64,000 bases of DNA from Octopus sinensis (lineage: Eukaryota). The translations under genes and the position numbers were made by a program. The notes under the pieces were generated by a model that saw only the letters and a list, made by a program, of their open reading frames with translations, was not told the DNA's origin and ran no database searches. Below, piece after piece: positions 1 through 12,768 of the stretch; positions within the stretch are counted from its first letter, which is position 1, and every line of letters starts with the position of its first letter. The stretch is taken from contig NC_043012.1 of the NCBI RefSeq assembly GCF_006345805.1, positions 45,880,001 to 45,944,000 of the forward strand. Reading direction: 5' to 3'.

Positions 1-460
1 ATTCACAGACACACTTGATCATGTTGCTTCTGGCTGCCCAGTCCTCACTGAAAAGAGTACCTCATAAGACATGACAGACTAGGGCAGTACTTCCATTGGA
101 ATGCTTGGTAATTATTACAAAATTGAATCCCATGGTAAGTAGTACAGGCACCATCTAGAAGATGGCGAGGATGTCACCATCCTTTGGAACTTCCCAATAC
201 AAACAGACAGAAAAATTGACCACATATTGTGGTCAAGGAATATAACAGAGGAACTTGTCTGTTAATAGATAAGCTTGTCCCACAAGATCGAAAAGTCTCA
301 AGAAAGGAATAGGTACAACCCATACACTACAGAAAACACACCCCATTTAAAATGGTATAAATGTGGTGGTAATTTTAGCATGTATAGGAAAACGAAAGTG
401 CCCGTAATGCTCTTGAACTCCGGAGGATGTCCGGTACTAAGGCAGCTGAAAGGGAACCAT
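1..460 (+). mobile_element. R4/Dong-type non-LTR retrotransposon, 3' fragment (zinc-knuckle end, restriction-like endonuclease, 3' UTR)
   Basis: Manual translation gives DTLDHVASGCPVL..YLIRHDRLGQYFHW and ILWNFPIQTDRKID..TCLLID..VPQD, the typical CCHC/RLE region of R4/Dong ORFs; frameshifted. Confidence 0.8.
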
Positions 461-481
461 AAATGATGATAATGATATTGT

Positions 482-524
<43 letters not shown>

Positions 525-544
525 ATACCCAGGTTAAACAACAA

Positions 545-1000
545 GATGGAAGGACAGCAACTGTAGTAGCACAGAATATGAAACTAATAGCAAAGCAAAA
601 TGCGTTTGAACAATTGGCTGATAAGTGGAAACCAAACTTCTGCATGGCAAATATGTGGCTCGTAGCAAGCAAGCTGATGTAGAGCAGAAGCACACCCATC
701 AGTGGCTACAGAGCTCAGAGTTAAAGGCAGAGAGTGGGGGCTGTATCTTGGCTTCACATGAGCAGAGGTTATTGAACCGGAACTATGAATGCAAATGTGA
801 TGAAAAATGATGTAGACCCAAAGTACCGATACTGCAAAGATGAGATTGAAACAGTAGACCGATCAATCACTGGTTGTAAGGTGTTAGCACCTGTAGAGTA
901 CAAATCAAGACATGATAGAGTTGGCCAATATCTACACTGGATAATGTGTCGGCATTATAAAATCAAAACTATTGACAAATGGTACAAACACCACCCTAAG
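545..1000 (+). mobile_element. Second R4/Dong-type LINE fragment (post-RT and CCHC region)
   Basis: ORFs 625-810 and 785-1132 join into KLLHGKY..HQWLQSSELKAESGGCILA..RNY..KYRYCKDEIETVDRSITGCKVLAPVEYKSRHDRVGQYLHW..KWYKHHP; ends in an (ATGT)n run. Confidence 0.85.
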
Positions 1001-1014
1001 TACGTATATGTATG

Positions 1015-1046
<32 letters not shown>

Positions 1047-1149
1047 TGTATGTATGTATGTATGTATGTATGTATGCAAGTATGTATGTGTGTATGTATG
1101 TATGTATTTACGTATGTATGTATATTCTTTAATTTTTTTTATTTCAGTA

Positions 1150-1320
1150 ATTTGACTACGACCATGAGGAAGCACCACCCTTAGCCGAACACTTTGACCC
1201 CGGACTTATTCTTTGTAAGCCTTGTACTTATTCTATAGGTCCCTTTTCCCTAACAGCTAATGCGACGTGGACGTAAACACACCAACATAGGATGTCAAGT
1301 AATGGTAGGGGGCAAACACA
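1150..1320 (-). mobile_element. Octopod tRNA-derived SINE (family A), 3' half, degenerate
   Basis: gagcaccacccttagccgaac..ggacttattctttgtaagcc..gacgtaaacacaccaacat matches the better-preserved copies at 32800-33005 and 56275-56465. Confidence 0.75.
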
Positions 1321-1359
1321 TACATATATATGTATGCATGTATGTATGCATGTATGTAG

Positions 1360-1390
<31 letters not shown>

Positions 1391-1396
1391 GTATGC

Positions 1397-1448
<52 letters not shown>

Positions 1449-1546
1449 CTTCATATACACAGATATATACATATACATGCACACAAGTACATACACAGAC
1501 ACTTAAACATATATTTGTTTGTTCCTCCTCAAACCGTATATATATA

Positions 1547-1609
<63 letters not shown>

Positions 1610-2288
1610 GTTTCAATATGTGACATCTGTTAGGCTTTCATCCCACTTGACGGATTCCTAGAGGTGTTGTGGTGTCATGCGGCACGTCTTTGACACACGT
1701 CTAGACACAGTCGATGTTTTTCGGACAGTAAAGATAATCAGAGAGATAAAAAGAGAAATGAAAGAATGAGTCAATAGGAAGTTATATATGCATAGTATCT
1801 GTATATATGTTTGTGCTTGTGTGTGTGTGTGTGTGTGTGTGTGTGAGCGTGAGGCAATGTTTTTGTTTATGTTTGTGCGTGTACCTTTGTGTGTATGTGT
1901 TTGTGTTTGTATGTTTTTATGTATGTATGCATGCATGTATATATGTATGTATTCTTGTTTGCACGTGTGAGAGCCAAAACAGCTACATGCACAAAGTCCA
2001 ATTTGATATCTGATAAATTTCGAAAGCTTTTGTAAAGTAACTATGTATCTGAAGTAACATTAGTCTAGTTTTCCTTTGATAAACAAAGCCACTGATTCTA
2101 TTTAGAAAAGCCATTATCAAATTCATTTTTGATGTGAAGAAAAAATAGAAATATAATCTGATAAAAACACGACGAACAAACTTATACTATCGATATCAGT
2201 ATTTACTTATCATTATTTTCTTTACTTTGAAATGATCAATGATGCGTAAGAAGTAACAAAATATGCACACATTCTGATGTGTAAATGG

Positions 2289-2400
<112 letters not shown>

Positions 2401-2619
2401 ATGAAAATATCGAATAACTTTACTAAAAACTTTTGTTGTTTAAATTAAGATCTAATCTTGGTTTGAATTTTAAATTCTCAAGTATATGGAGGCAAAGAAT
2501 TATTATATGCATATATTTTCAGTTTTAATATTTAGCTCTCTTGCGATTTATTCCAACTTTTAACTCAAAGAATATAAACAAAATGTTCCACGCTAACTTT
2601 TTGAAATGTGTGTTTCGTT

Positions 2620-3460
2620 GATAAATGATGTTTAATGAAATTAACATTCATGCAGATTTACTTATCCCAATGAAAGTCTAGCATTCCATTATCCACATTA
2701 AAGGATTATTCTTCATAATTAACCTATTTCACCATTGTTTCTCCGTCCACAATATCATTTTTGAATTGGGAATTGCATATTATATTATTCTGCCCCAATC
2801 AGATATCAATGATATAAATGAATAATTGTTATCAAATTATAATGAAATAGGTGACCTGATTGAAATACATGAGTATTTTAAATAGCTATTACTGGATTTC
2901 ACATGAAATCGTTGAGTGATATTTATTTTAATTCAATGCAAACCGTCACTGATAGAAATCAATACATGACGCCACGTTTAAATCCGAAGAACTCTAATAT
3001 GGGATCGTTGATTGGCATCAATTTAATGATACCTCATTTAAGCCCAAATAATAGGCTACTGATTTCTTTCAATGAATATGCCGCGAGTGTAATATCGGCA
3101 ATAAGGTATTATTAACGCCAATCAATGGAGTTGATATCCAAATGTAACAGCAGCTACTATTCTCTGATTTATAGAGGCTTCATAATAACTAAATTTCTTC
3201 TAGTAGTAGAAATCAATTAATAGGATGTTATCGATTAGATGAATAACATTACGTGATTAATCGATAACTACTTTGTTAAAAGTTTGGTATTTCGCAACGA
3301 TGCAAAAATATCCATTAGAAACAATTATCAACTCCCTGGCTACAAAATAAGTCACTTTCCAAGGAAACTTTGGATCATTTCGTGAAACATGTCTAAGACA
3401 ACCAGAGAAATTTTAACAATATAAAATTATAAACTAGAAAACAAACAATTTTGTAATATA
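2620..3460 (+). pseudogene. Decayed leucine-rich-repeat ectodomain (TLR-like) fragment
   Basis: Translation E*LLSNYNEIGDL..FK*LLLDFT*NR (2820-2912) fits LxxLxLxxNxI repeats; INANQWS* (about 3113-3136) fits an LRRCT NxWxC start. Multiple stops. Confidence 0.4.
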
Positions 3461-3653
3461 TTTTACACGAAGTGTCCCAGCACTTTCAAGTTAATAAAAT
3501 TTAATTATTCAAGTTAAAAAAGACGAGGAAATTCAGAGGACATGATGCTGCTAGACATGAATTGTTACAGAGATCCTATTGGAAGGTTTATAGTGTCTAC
3601 AGTGTCTGTATGAAAAATGAATGCTAGCTGCATGCAGAAGATATACATATATG

Positions 3654-3694
<41 letters not shown>

Positions 3695-4049
3695 TTGTGT
3701 GTGTGTGTACATGTACGCAAGCAGGTTCACACACGCACAAACACACACATACACATACACACACGCACACTTGCACACATTTATATCGGCGTAGCTCACC
3801 GCACTAATATGCTGCACCGACAGTCTTGTTTTCCAGTGCCACACCCTACGCCTGGGATTTCTGGAAACTATCCATGCGCCGCGGCTCAAAAGTCTTCCGG
3901 AATAGAGAAACCAATTGCTTTTCCTCAGCGCCCAAATTCTTCTCCGAGATATCGTGATCTAACCCACATTAATTCCCATTGAATGCCATAGAAGAACATC
4001 TATCTGCCACACTTTTCGACTGTTAAAATGGATGTGCGCGGCTGGCGGC

Positions 4050-5660
4050 ACTCTGGGTGCTCGATCTAGGACTGCAGAGACGAGCGGTGAAAATGGTGAG
4101 ACTGCTCTGGAAAATGATGAGACTGCTCATCTTCAAGAAAACTCTAACGACGTAATCTCAGCGCATATCTGTGGATCATAAGAAACAATGTGCGCAGCCC
4201 TTCACGCAGCAAATGTTGATAGCAAATGAACCGTCTGACGAACCGAACGCACCACCTCATCACAAAGCAGAAGGTCAAGCGTTCCACTTTGGAAGTAGGG
4301 CGTGGCACAAGAGTCAGGGTGTAATAGATAGTGGATGCGATGTAAGTATTTGCCATCAGTGTCCGACGCTTTAGGAACAGCTTTCTTTCGTCCGTTTCTG
4401 AGTGAGACTAACTGCCCTACTCATCACCTCTTTCCCTTTCTTGTTCACAGAAATGCATACCAAACAAAACAAAGCTCCAAACTAACAACATTGTTTCATA
4501 GAATGGACCTACATCTTCAGATACTATGTTGTTGGCCCAGTGCGACCCCTTTTAGACATCATATATTCCCTTAAAACACTGCCGAACACCTCGATAGCTT
4601 TGGCGTCCGTATATATAAACACTTGTCTTCTGCGTCCTAGTTCTCGTGGCTCTAGAGTGTGTTAGAGGAGGGGAGGGAAGGAATATCTTTGATGAACTAA
4701 AGCACGATATTGATCGATTAAGCAAATGTTTCTATACATAACGGTGATTTAAATTTTAGTGATACACTCGAAACCGGGGGTAACCACCAAATATTAGTGG
4801 CTGGTCCTCTAGAAAGCACTTGATCTATTTTGATTAGAGCCCATATTCCTTGCTTAATTATTCTGTAATGAGGAGGTTCTCGAAAAAAGACCTGTTTAGT
4901 ATATTATATGACGGCGTATCACTGAAAATACCACCAATAATAATCGCCAAACATTTGGATAACACTTCGACCAAAATTTGGAACTGTGAATTTAGCAGAG
5001 TTGCAGATCTAAACGTATCAAACTTTCAGCTGGTTCAGGTCCTTTCTCAGCAGGACTAGTACACCAGTGCTCACAGAAATGGGAATTGTCACATTGCAAT
5101 AGAAAGTTATTATGAGGTCACCCAACATATCTGGTGTTTGAAAGCAAAATTCATAGTTCAGGTCGTCCATCGCCGGGGGATTCTTCTCAGCACTTCATGT
5201 ATTTCATAATGCGTTATCAGCCTTTTATAGAACACCGCATACCCAGTCTAGATCCGCTTCAAATCATCAAGGTAGTGGTAAAGTCCACCTTCACTTCCCC
5301 TAAAGTTCGAGTGAAGTACTCCGCTTGTAACTGAGTAGCAGTTGTCCATTCCAATCCATTAAAGACGGTATTGTGATATTGTTGCCGCGTTTTCCATCTG
5401 CCACCAGGTCAATCTAACAGTTTCCCTGCTTTCATGTCTTCGAAAATGCGCTGCTAATGCAATCTTTATTCTTTATGTTGAAGAACTGGACAAGCGCCAA
5501 CCTGAACTTATATACATCGTTCGCAATGCATTTGATTATCACTTCCTTTAGGTTCATGCATATCCGTCTGTATCCATCTCGAGTGAAAAATTTCTCTATC
5601 ATATGTTTTTTAACCAAACCTTATTGACTTATTCTAATAGCTTCCATAATTTGTTAAAGA
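4050..5660 (-). pseudogene. Toll-like receptor pseudogene (LRR, LRRCT, TM, TIR)
   Basis: One minus frame from about 4520 to 4144 reads MLLVWSFVLFGMHF (TM-like), S*SHSETDE, RKLFLKRRTLMANTYIASTI, RWC, YQHLLREGLRTLFLMI, then *SFLE, in TIR motif order. Upstream: HNNFLLQCDNSHFCEHW (LRRCT-like), KDLNQLKV*YV and NLKEVIIK (LRR-like). Confidence 0.55.
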
Positions 5661-5989
5661 TATCCCCTGTTCACTTTCACTCAACTGCGGGTTACTGATG
5701 CTATCCGTTACTTCGCGCGCTTGGAAAGGCGTGTTCAGCTTCAAATAACCGAGTCGTTGCATATGCAGTATATTGATGTCAAAAGTACAAATTTGTGTTT
5801 GTGTATTTGACAACTTTGAATTGAGGACAAATTACAGGCTCACTATCTGCAGACAAACAGACTACTCGAATTTTATATGATGCTGTTTATTCAAACATAC
5901 ACTGACACGTTCGGAAAATCGAGTCAATATTTGTCAGCGAGTAAGAAACGACCAAGCAACTTTACTTGGCTTTTACACTTCCACTCTTA

Positions 5990-6290
5990 TGACCTAACTC
6001 CAACAAAGGCATGCATCCGAGTTTATCTTCCATTCGCCCAGTAGCACCAAAGGGCAGGATGTTTGCAGGAAAGCCTCCAAACGATCGAAAAACTGTAGCC
6101 GCACTGACACAATCGAAGCACACAGGGAGACTAGTTTAAAGGTACCCCCTTCAATATTGTCCACGTCAATGACCACTACCTTACATATCAGATCTCAAAG
6201 GATCAATCATATCTCGAGGTGCAGGCGTTTGTAAAACATCACTGCTATCGCACCCACCACATACCGGGCCAGGTAAGTGATTCAATGATG
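5990..6290 (-). mobile_element. L1/Tx1-type LINE, apurinic endonuclease fragment
   Basis: ORF 5994-6176 VIDVDNIEGGTFKLVSLCA..FFDRLEAFLQTSCPLVLLGEWK matches APE motifs (VYAP-like, GDWN-like). Confidence 0.75.
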
Positions 6291-6314
6291 TAATAGCCTC
6301 TACAAATTGGTGCT

Positions 6315-6594
6315 AAGTTGCTTGTGATGAAAACTCTAGGCTTGCTATTGACTTAATATCCGTACCTTGAAGCCTCAAGTTGAGTAGTCAACTTTACTTC
6401 CAAGGATGACTCAAAGACACGTGCATTATACAGCACTCACACATTATACACAGCACTCTCACAAGTTGCTTGTGATAGAAATTCTAGTCGTGCCATGGAC
6501 TTAATGTCCGTACCTAGAAACCTCAAGTTGTGTAGTCAACTTTACTTCGAAGGATGACTCAAAGTTACGTGTATTATACACAGCACTCTCACAA
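6315..6594 (+). repeat. Two-unit tandem direct repeat (about 148 and 131 bp)
   Basis: aagttgcttgtgat..cctcaagttg..tagtcaactttacttc..aggatgactcaaag..cagcactctcacaa occurs from 6315 and again from 6463. Confidence 0.85.
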
Positions 6595-7759
6595 CTGTCA
6601 TTTTGATGGAAAAGATAGAAACGAAGCAGAAATGGAAACGAGTTACTCAGGCATTTGGTGGCCCTTCGACCGGGTGATCTATCTCTGGAAATTGGGGTTT
6701 TTACGAGAAGTCTTATATGACCCTAGCGATAACCATTTAGCCTGAGCTTCGCCTAACAGCGGGGTAGTCACAAAGTCCATATTTATCATTTCCCAATGCT
6801 ATAGAACTTTGAGAATGCTGGTCCCAAATTTCTTCCTCTGCGTTAATGTTTTGTCTTTTTTTTTCTGTGTGGCGAAGAATATTACGTTTGATGCGTGCTC
6901 CTAATCAGCACAATGTTTGCGGTGTGTGGATTTGTTTCGTATTGTCGTGCTTGTGTGTGTCTGGTTATGTTGCATCTGATTTTTTTCTTCTTTTGCTTTG
7001 TTGGTTGTGTTGGTTGATGCTGATTTTCGGACTTTTTTATGGAGTTGTCTAGGACTCTGTAGATGCTGTGAGTATGGGTTACTGATGCTGTCCGTTACTA
7101 TTTGGTACATTTAGAGAGGGATCACCTAAATTTATATAGTGTTCATTTAATTTTCTTAGTTGATTTTCTCCTCGCAAAATTAAGCCTTCCCCATCGGAAA
7201 GATGCGACTAGAGATGAAGTTCAGTTTTGTGAGTCCATGTGTGTGCTTGTATAGCGGAGTAAAGAAGGTAAAAATGAAAGAATTATAAAGGAAATTTCAG
7301 TAGGTGAAGGGGTAGTGCCGTTCTTGTTCCGGTTAATCTTGATGTCGCTTACGTAGTTGTTTTTACAGTTACAGCAGAAATCCTTCGTATTGCTGCTGTT
7401 GTTCATGTTGGGGTCGCTGCTGGTATTTTTGTTCTCTTCATTGCTGCAACTACTGCTACTACTCTACACTACTGTACACTGTTTGGGGACTAACATACTG
7501 TACACTGCTTGGGAGGTATGGGATGCCCCCACTTCCCTGTTTTCTGTGGGGGATAGAAAGGCCTTTACTGATTTTCACCACCACACCAATGGTATTTTGT
7601 CCTTCTACTGTAATCCGCAACACAAAGCTCCGGTGTGATGTATGTATGTATGTATGTATGTATGTATGTATGTATGTATGTATGTATGTATGTATGTATG
7701 TATGCATGTGTGTATATGTGGGAACGTGTTTCCGTGTTCATTTACGTGTTAATCTGATG

Positions 7760-8800
7760 CGATATGGAAGACATCAAACTATCGAATTATCATTTTCGTA
7801 TAGATTTGTCTCAAGTATTTGCAATTGATTCGTTTCCGTGAAAGGTATTTAATTGTGTGGTATTGGTGCATAAAACTGAATATTGGATAAATTGTTTCAC
7901 CCTGGAAATTTGAAGTGGAACTGGTTTTCGTACAATTACTTCCAAAGCATTGCCAGTTTCTTTGATTTGCTTTAGTTGATGGAATAGCAAAAGACATTCC
8001 CATAAGGTTTCATGCTGTGGGAATAAAACTGCAATCACGATTTTTAGGTAAAAATGTTTATTCAGTTACTTGTTGAGGAATATATGTTATAGATATTCAT
8101 GTATGTTAATGAATTTGTGAGAAATTGTGTAGGAGTGGTCTGCATTTATATAAATACATGCAAATATTATTAATAGAATATTCAAATATGAGAGTATGTT
8201 ATACGATTCTAGGATAAATGACACGAGGCTAGTCACTGAGCTGAATTTTATTTCAGTTTATGAAAGAATAATTTTAATGACTTGATATCCGCCACAGTAG
8301 ACGAAGCAATAACATCTTGAAATAGCTTTATTGCCGTCAGTTCAGCTGTCTCTTGTAATATTATAGGACGCTACCATTTTCATTTTATCTTCAAAAGTTA
8401 CAAGGCCATGAGGTAACCAATAAAAATGTGTGGAGAGAATTAGTAGAAAGGGGCATAATTGACAGCATATATAATATAGGATTAATAACAAAAGGTTAGT
8501 CAACGGGGTTACATCAACGTGTTTAAGAAGCCTAAATACATTATGTTTCCTAGCAAAGCTAGCAAGCTAGCCAGTACATTTCAACGTATTCTCCTTGTAG
8601 GCTAAACATCATATATAGGACCGATAATATTTAAACTCTGGCTCAGCTGGTTAGTTTATTATATTTTATTTAAAGTTAAAATCAAATTTAAGACAAGCAT
8701 GTTTATTATGGAAGTCCCTAATACATAAGTTTCGGGCTTTTATAACTACCAATAAATATAAGACATAAAAATTATGCAGCTTAATAAAGCTTAGTATGTT
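7760..8800 (-). pseudogene. Decayed LRR ectodomain, possibly the N-terminal part of the 4050-5660 TLR
   Basis: Minus translations LASCHLS*NRIT, FPG*NNLSNIQ, FTETNQLQILET, FHQLKQIKETGNALEVI and PLTNLLLLIL are LRR-like; same strand as, and upstream of, the 4050-5660 TIR piece. Confidence 0.45.
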
Positions 8801-8929
8801 TGTTGTTTTTTTTTGTTTCAGGCTAAATAAAATCAGATTTATAAATTAGATAATGATTATAGACTGAAATACAATCATAACACTCCACAAAAGAAGTTAA
8901 GTAATATAGCTATATTAAAAAAGCCTCAA

Positions 8930-9939
8930 ATTAACCGAACAACAGTCTGGAAAATTCCTTAGAATTTTCAAGAGACTGGTTCCACCACTGACCGACCGAG
9001 ACGTGATCGAAAGCGAGGTGTGCGAACCTCTCAGTTTATCAAATGTACTAGAGATAGGACACGGCGAAATCCGCATCGTACCGCCAGAAAACTGGCTTCC
9101 ACAAGAACAATAAGCTGAACATCTACGTATCGGGGATGTCAGGGCCAACTCCTACAAGATGATCCACTGTCATGAGTTCATGCGAGTTTATAAGGCCATG
9201 AGAATGGAGAGAATTCGTCTTCTCTTGCGTCAGATCCCTGAAGACACGCTTACTAATGAAAAGAAACTTGACATCAATCAGACAGTAAGCCACTAGAATG
9301 ACCGACTTTGGGGTGTATATGGCTCCGTCGAGGTAGACTCGTAAGTAACCGTCCAAATTCACACTCAGTTATGGTTTGGGCGGTTATGGCAGGCACTGGA
9401 AGGTCAGTCCTTGTTTTTGTGCCCTCGGGTGTTAAAATTAACATCCAGCGATACATTGGCGGCGTTCTCGAAGCTGAACAGGCGAATGAACATTATTTTA
9501 AAGTGCATCTTGGAGCCTCCAACAGGACTCAGCACCATCCCTCAGCTCCAAACACAAACAACACTAGATTCAGAAAAACATACCGTCGTTCATAAGCAAC
9601 GATATGTGGCTTACATGAAGCCCCAATCCCAACCCGTTGGATTTTTCTGTATGGTCCATTTTGGAGACGAGCATCTCGATCACTTCTCATGTTTCGCGCA
9701 ACACTTTGAAGGCAAAATTGTGCCAGGAATTGGCTTCGATTCCGCAAGAGGAGCTGCTTCTCTTGTGAGAAGCATTCCCACCTAAACGAAAGAGAGTAAG
9801 TCGTACTGAATGAATGTGGTAGTGTCATAATAGTATTGCCTTTACTATGGCAGCGCAACGCTCGGACCCGAAATATACCAATATTTTGCATTGGCAAAAT
9901 TGAAAGAAGTTGGTTGCTGTAATTTTAGGACACCCTGTA
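8930..9939 (+). mobile_element. Tc1/mariner-superfamily transposon, maT/DD37D-like, 5' truncated
   Basis: INRTTVWKI..FQETGSTTDRPR (HTH), TNEKK, SVMVWAVMAG..LVFVPSGVKIN, QQDSAPS, SPNPNPLDFSVWSILE; right TIR end ..ggacaccctgta at 9939. Confidence 0.85.
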
Positions 9940-10059
9940 CATGTATGCACAATATTCGCAAACATACACACATGTATGCAAGTGTAAGTGCGCACGCGCG
10001 GCGAAATTAATTTTTTAAAAAGATAAGCAAATCCAGAGTCTCTTTCCAACGCATTGCAT

Positions 10060-10270
10060 AAGAATAAAGCTATAAAGTTAGCAAACTATATACAGGACCT
10101 GAAAGCCAACTGCACACCAAACACTGTTAATTGGAGTATTGTAGAGCGATCCACACCGGATCAAGGAGATGCAGGCGTTGTGTAGCCAAAGTATCTCATA
10201 TCCATTTTCGATCCGGAACACAAGTGACCTATTACATTCCAGACCTGAAAGTTTATTTAATATAAACATA
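10060..10270 (+). mobile_element. Penelope-like element, GIY-YIG C-terminal remnant
   Basis: KLANYIQDLKA..VNWSIVERSTP..CRRC resembles the LSxYIWxLK..WSI..CxLC tail, also seen at 26300-26600. Confidence 0.55.
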
Positions 10271-10969
10271 TGGACATATTTTTTAAAAAAGAATTCTATC
10301 TGAGTTAAGTATGCAGTATCATAAACTTTGGCATCCGCCTCGTTGAATTTTCGACTGCAAATTTAATCCTGATTCGAACAAAGGGACGCAACTCTTCCTT
10401 TGCCTCCAAATTTTCCTGCTTACCATTCCATTGTTATTCGTTGGGCTTTTTCTCATTCCACCTTTCACATTTACCTTCCATTGATCCCGTGTGCTTTTTA
10501 TTTTCCCTCACATAGGAGTAGTCAAGATGTGCATTGGACTGTGAAGGATATATATATATATATATCCTTTAAGTTCGTTTACGGGAAACGTTTTTGATAT
10601 GCATATAAAGGCCCCTACTTTATTACGCCCGTCTACAGTCTAATGATACCAACTGGCATCGATCCGTTGATTACCATATACATATATATATACATAGCTG
10701 ATGAAACGTAACGGAAAGGAACGTGCGTCGTACTCCCAATGATGTCATTCATAGCTCAATGATGTATTCTCATGTATATATTGTCTACCAGGGGAATAGT
10801 ATCTCGCAAATATTTTCCCACATCTAACAAATTTTCAAATTTTCAATGTCCTTATGTACACATCAATACTTCATTTAACGCCGTTTCGTATATCTGTAGA
10901 ATACGAAAATACATACACATTCTACAGATATACGAACATACACACACACTTATACAAAGGGACGAACAT

Positions 10970-11012
<43 letters not shown>

Positions 11013-11179
11013 CAATGTACGACGCCTGATGAAGAAGAGCAAACCGAAAACCGAAAACTTCGAAAACACAATCAACCTATTCTTTGTACAAGTTTAATAA
11101 TCATGTACTCTTCTAAAATATAAAGTAACCCTCCAGTTTAATGGTAATTTTATATATATGTAACTTGATATAAAATTAA

Positions 11180-11234
11180 AGATACGTATGTATGTATGTA
11201 TGTATGTAAGTATGTATGTGTGTATGTATGTATG

Positions 11235-11306
<72 letters not shown>

Positions 11307-11498
11307 AATATTGACAGATAGCTATAGATATATATACCTAGATATTTTTTATACACATACACATTGAAGCATAAAAAATCGCACGTATATGTGTGTGAGT
11401 ATAAATAAATCTCTTTTAAGAGAGAGTTATATGCATCAATTATTATACATGTAAACATATTACGAACAGATATATATATATATGTATATATATATATA

Positions 11499-11542
<44 letters not shown>

Positions 11543-11544
11543 AT

Positions 11545-11616
<72 letters not shown>

Positions 11617-11680
11617 TACATATACATACATACTTACATATATATATATATGTATAAATATATATATATACATACATAAA

Positions 11681-11716
<36 letters not shown>

Positions 11717-11740
11717 TATATATATTATATATATATATAG

Positions 11741-11776
<36 letters not shown>

Positions 11777-11790
11777 GTCGAGTGTGTGTG
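11180..11790. repeat. Compound microsatellite block (ATGT, AT, GA, GATA, CATA)
   Basis: Direct reading. Confidence 0.95.
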
Positions 11791-11829
11791 TGTGTGTTTA
11801 TATAATATCTCTTAGTGTATATAAATTGC

Positions 11830-12365
11830 TCTAAAATTAATGGTTATTGAGATGGTCACCAGGTCGCATTTACAGTCTGTTTGGTCGTTACAATATATAG
11901 CCAAGTATTTCCTTGAATAATACACCTAAGATTTAATGATACAATATCACAGAATTTACACTCGATCCGGTGTCTTCATAAATTCCATTTATTTTACATA
12001 ATAAAGACAAGTCGTTTTAATTTAGGAAACACATGGGAACAAATCTATTCTCGGTATAAGTACTTCACAAAACTAGATCTGTATGTATAATACCTCCAGC
12101 TAACTAGTGTCTTAATCAATAAAACTCGTCTCGGAACATTAGATTTGCTGGAAATATTGACACTAAGTGAAGTTGACTCTCATAAATATGTCTTGTAATT
12201 TGTGCCGTTCACGCTAATGCATTTCTTCGATTTTAATATTATATATTATATTCGAATTTTCAATGGTCGAAATTAAAAATGTACGCTTTCCTTTCGATGC
12301 GGACACACATTACGTAATGTGTGTAATACGTGAAATAACAATAGAAGACATCAATATATGTATCA
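11830..12365 (+). pseudogene. Possible decayed LRR fragment
   Basis: YFTKLDLYV*..GTLDLLEILTLSE and IREITIEDINI are LRR-like; no TIR seen nearby. Confidence 0.3.
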
Positions 12366-12377
12366 GTACTTCAATCC

Positions 12378-12424
12378 TCGTCCTCGTCGTCGTCCTCCTC
12401 CTCCTCCTCCTCCTCCTCCTCCTC

Positions 12425-12458
<34 letters not shown>

Positions 12459-12539
12459 CACTACTACTGCTACTACCACCACCACCACCGCCACCAGTAC
12501 TACTTCTGCTGTTGCTATTACTGCTGCTGCTGCTATAAA

Positions 12540-12606
<67 letters not shown>

Positions 12607-12613
12607 TATACTA

Positions 12614-12661
<48 letters not shown>

Positions 12662-12708
12662 TATTATTATTAATAATAATAATAATAATGATGATGATGA
12701 TGATGATG

Positions 12709-12766
<58 letters not shown>
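12378..12766. repeat. Compound trinucleotide microsatellite (CGT, CCT, CTA, CCA, GCT, AGT, AAT, GAT)
   Basis: Direct reading; explains the poly-P/T/L/I ORFs at 12263-12800. Confidence 0.97.

Positions 12767-12768
<2 letters not shown>

Noticed and set aside
4950-5110. hAT C-terminal dimerisation-like reading (VTIPISVS..AEK..QLK)
   Set aside because: The motif is incomplete, and the flanking LRRCT/TM/TIR context explains the region better; retained only as an alternative.
6740-6830. Gypsy integrase-like WEMINMDFVT on the minus strand
   Set aside because: Isolated 10-aa resemblance with no following integrase motifs or LTRs.
6850-7640. Possible Penelope N-terminal or L1 ORF1 fragments on the minus strand
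   Set aside because: Low-complexity sequence with no diagnostic motif; could not be assigned.
10695-11065. Two CTGATGA..GAAA occurrences (about 10697 and 11026) as hammerheads
   Set aside because: No convincing stem I/III pairing or cleavage triplet.
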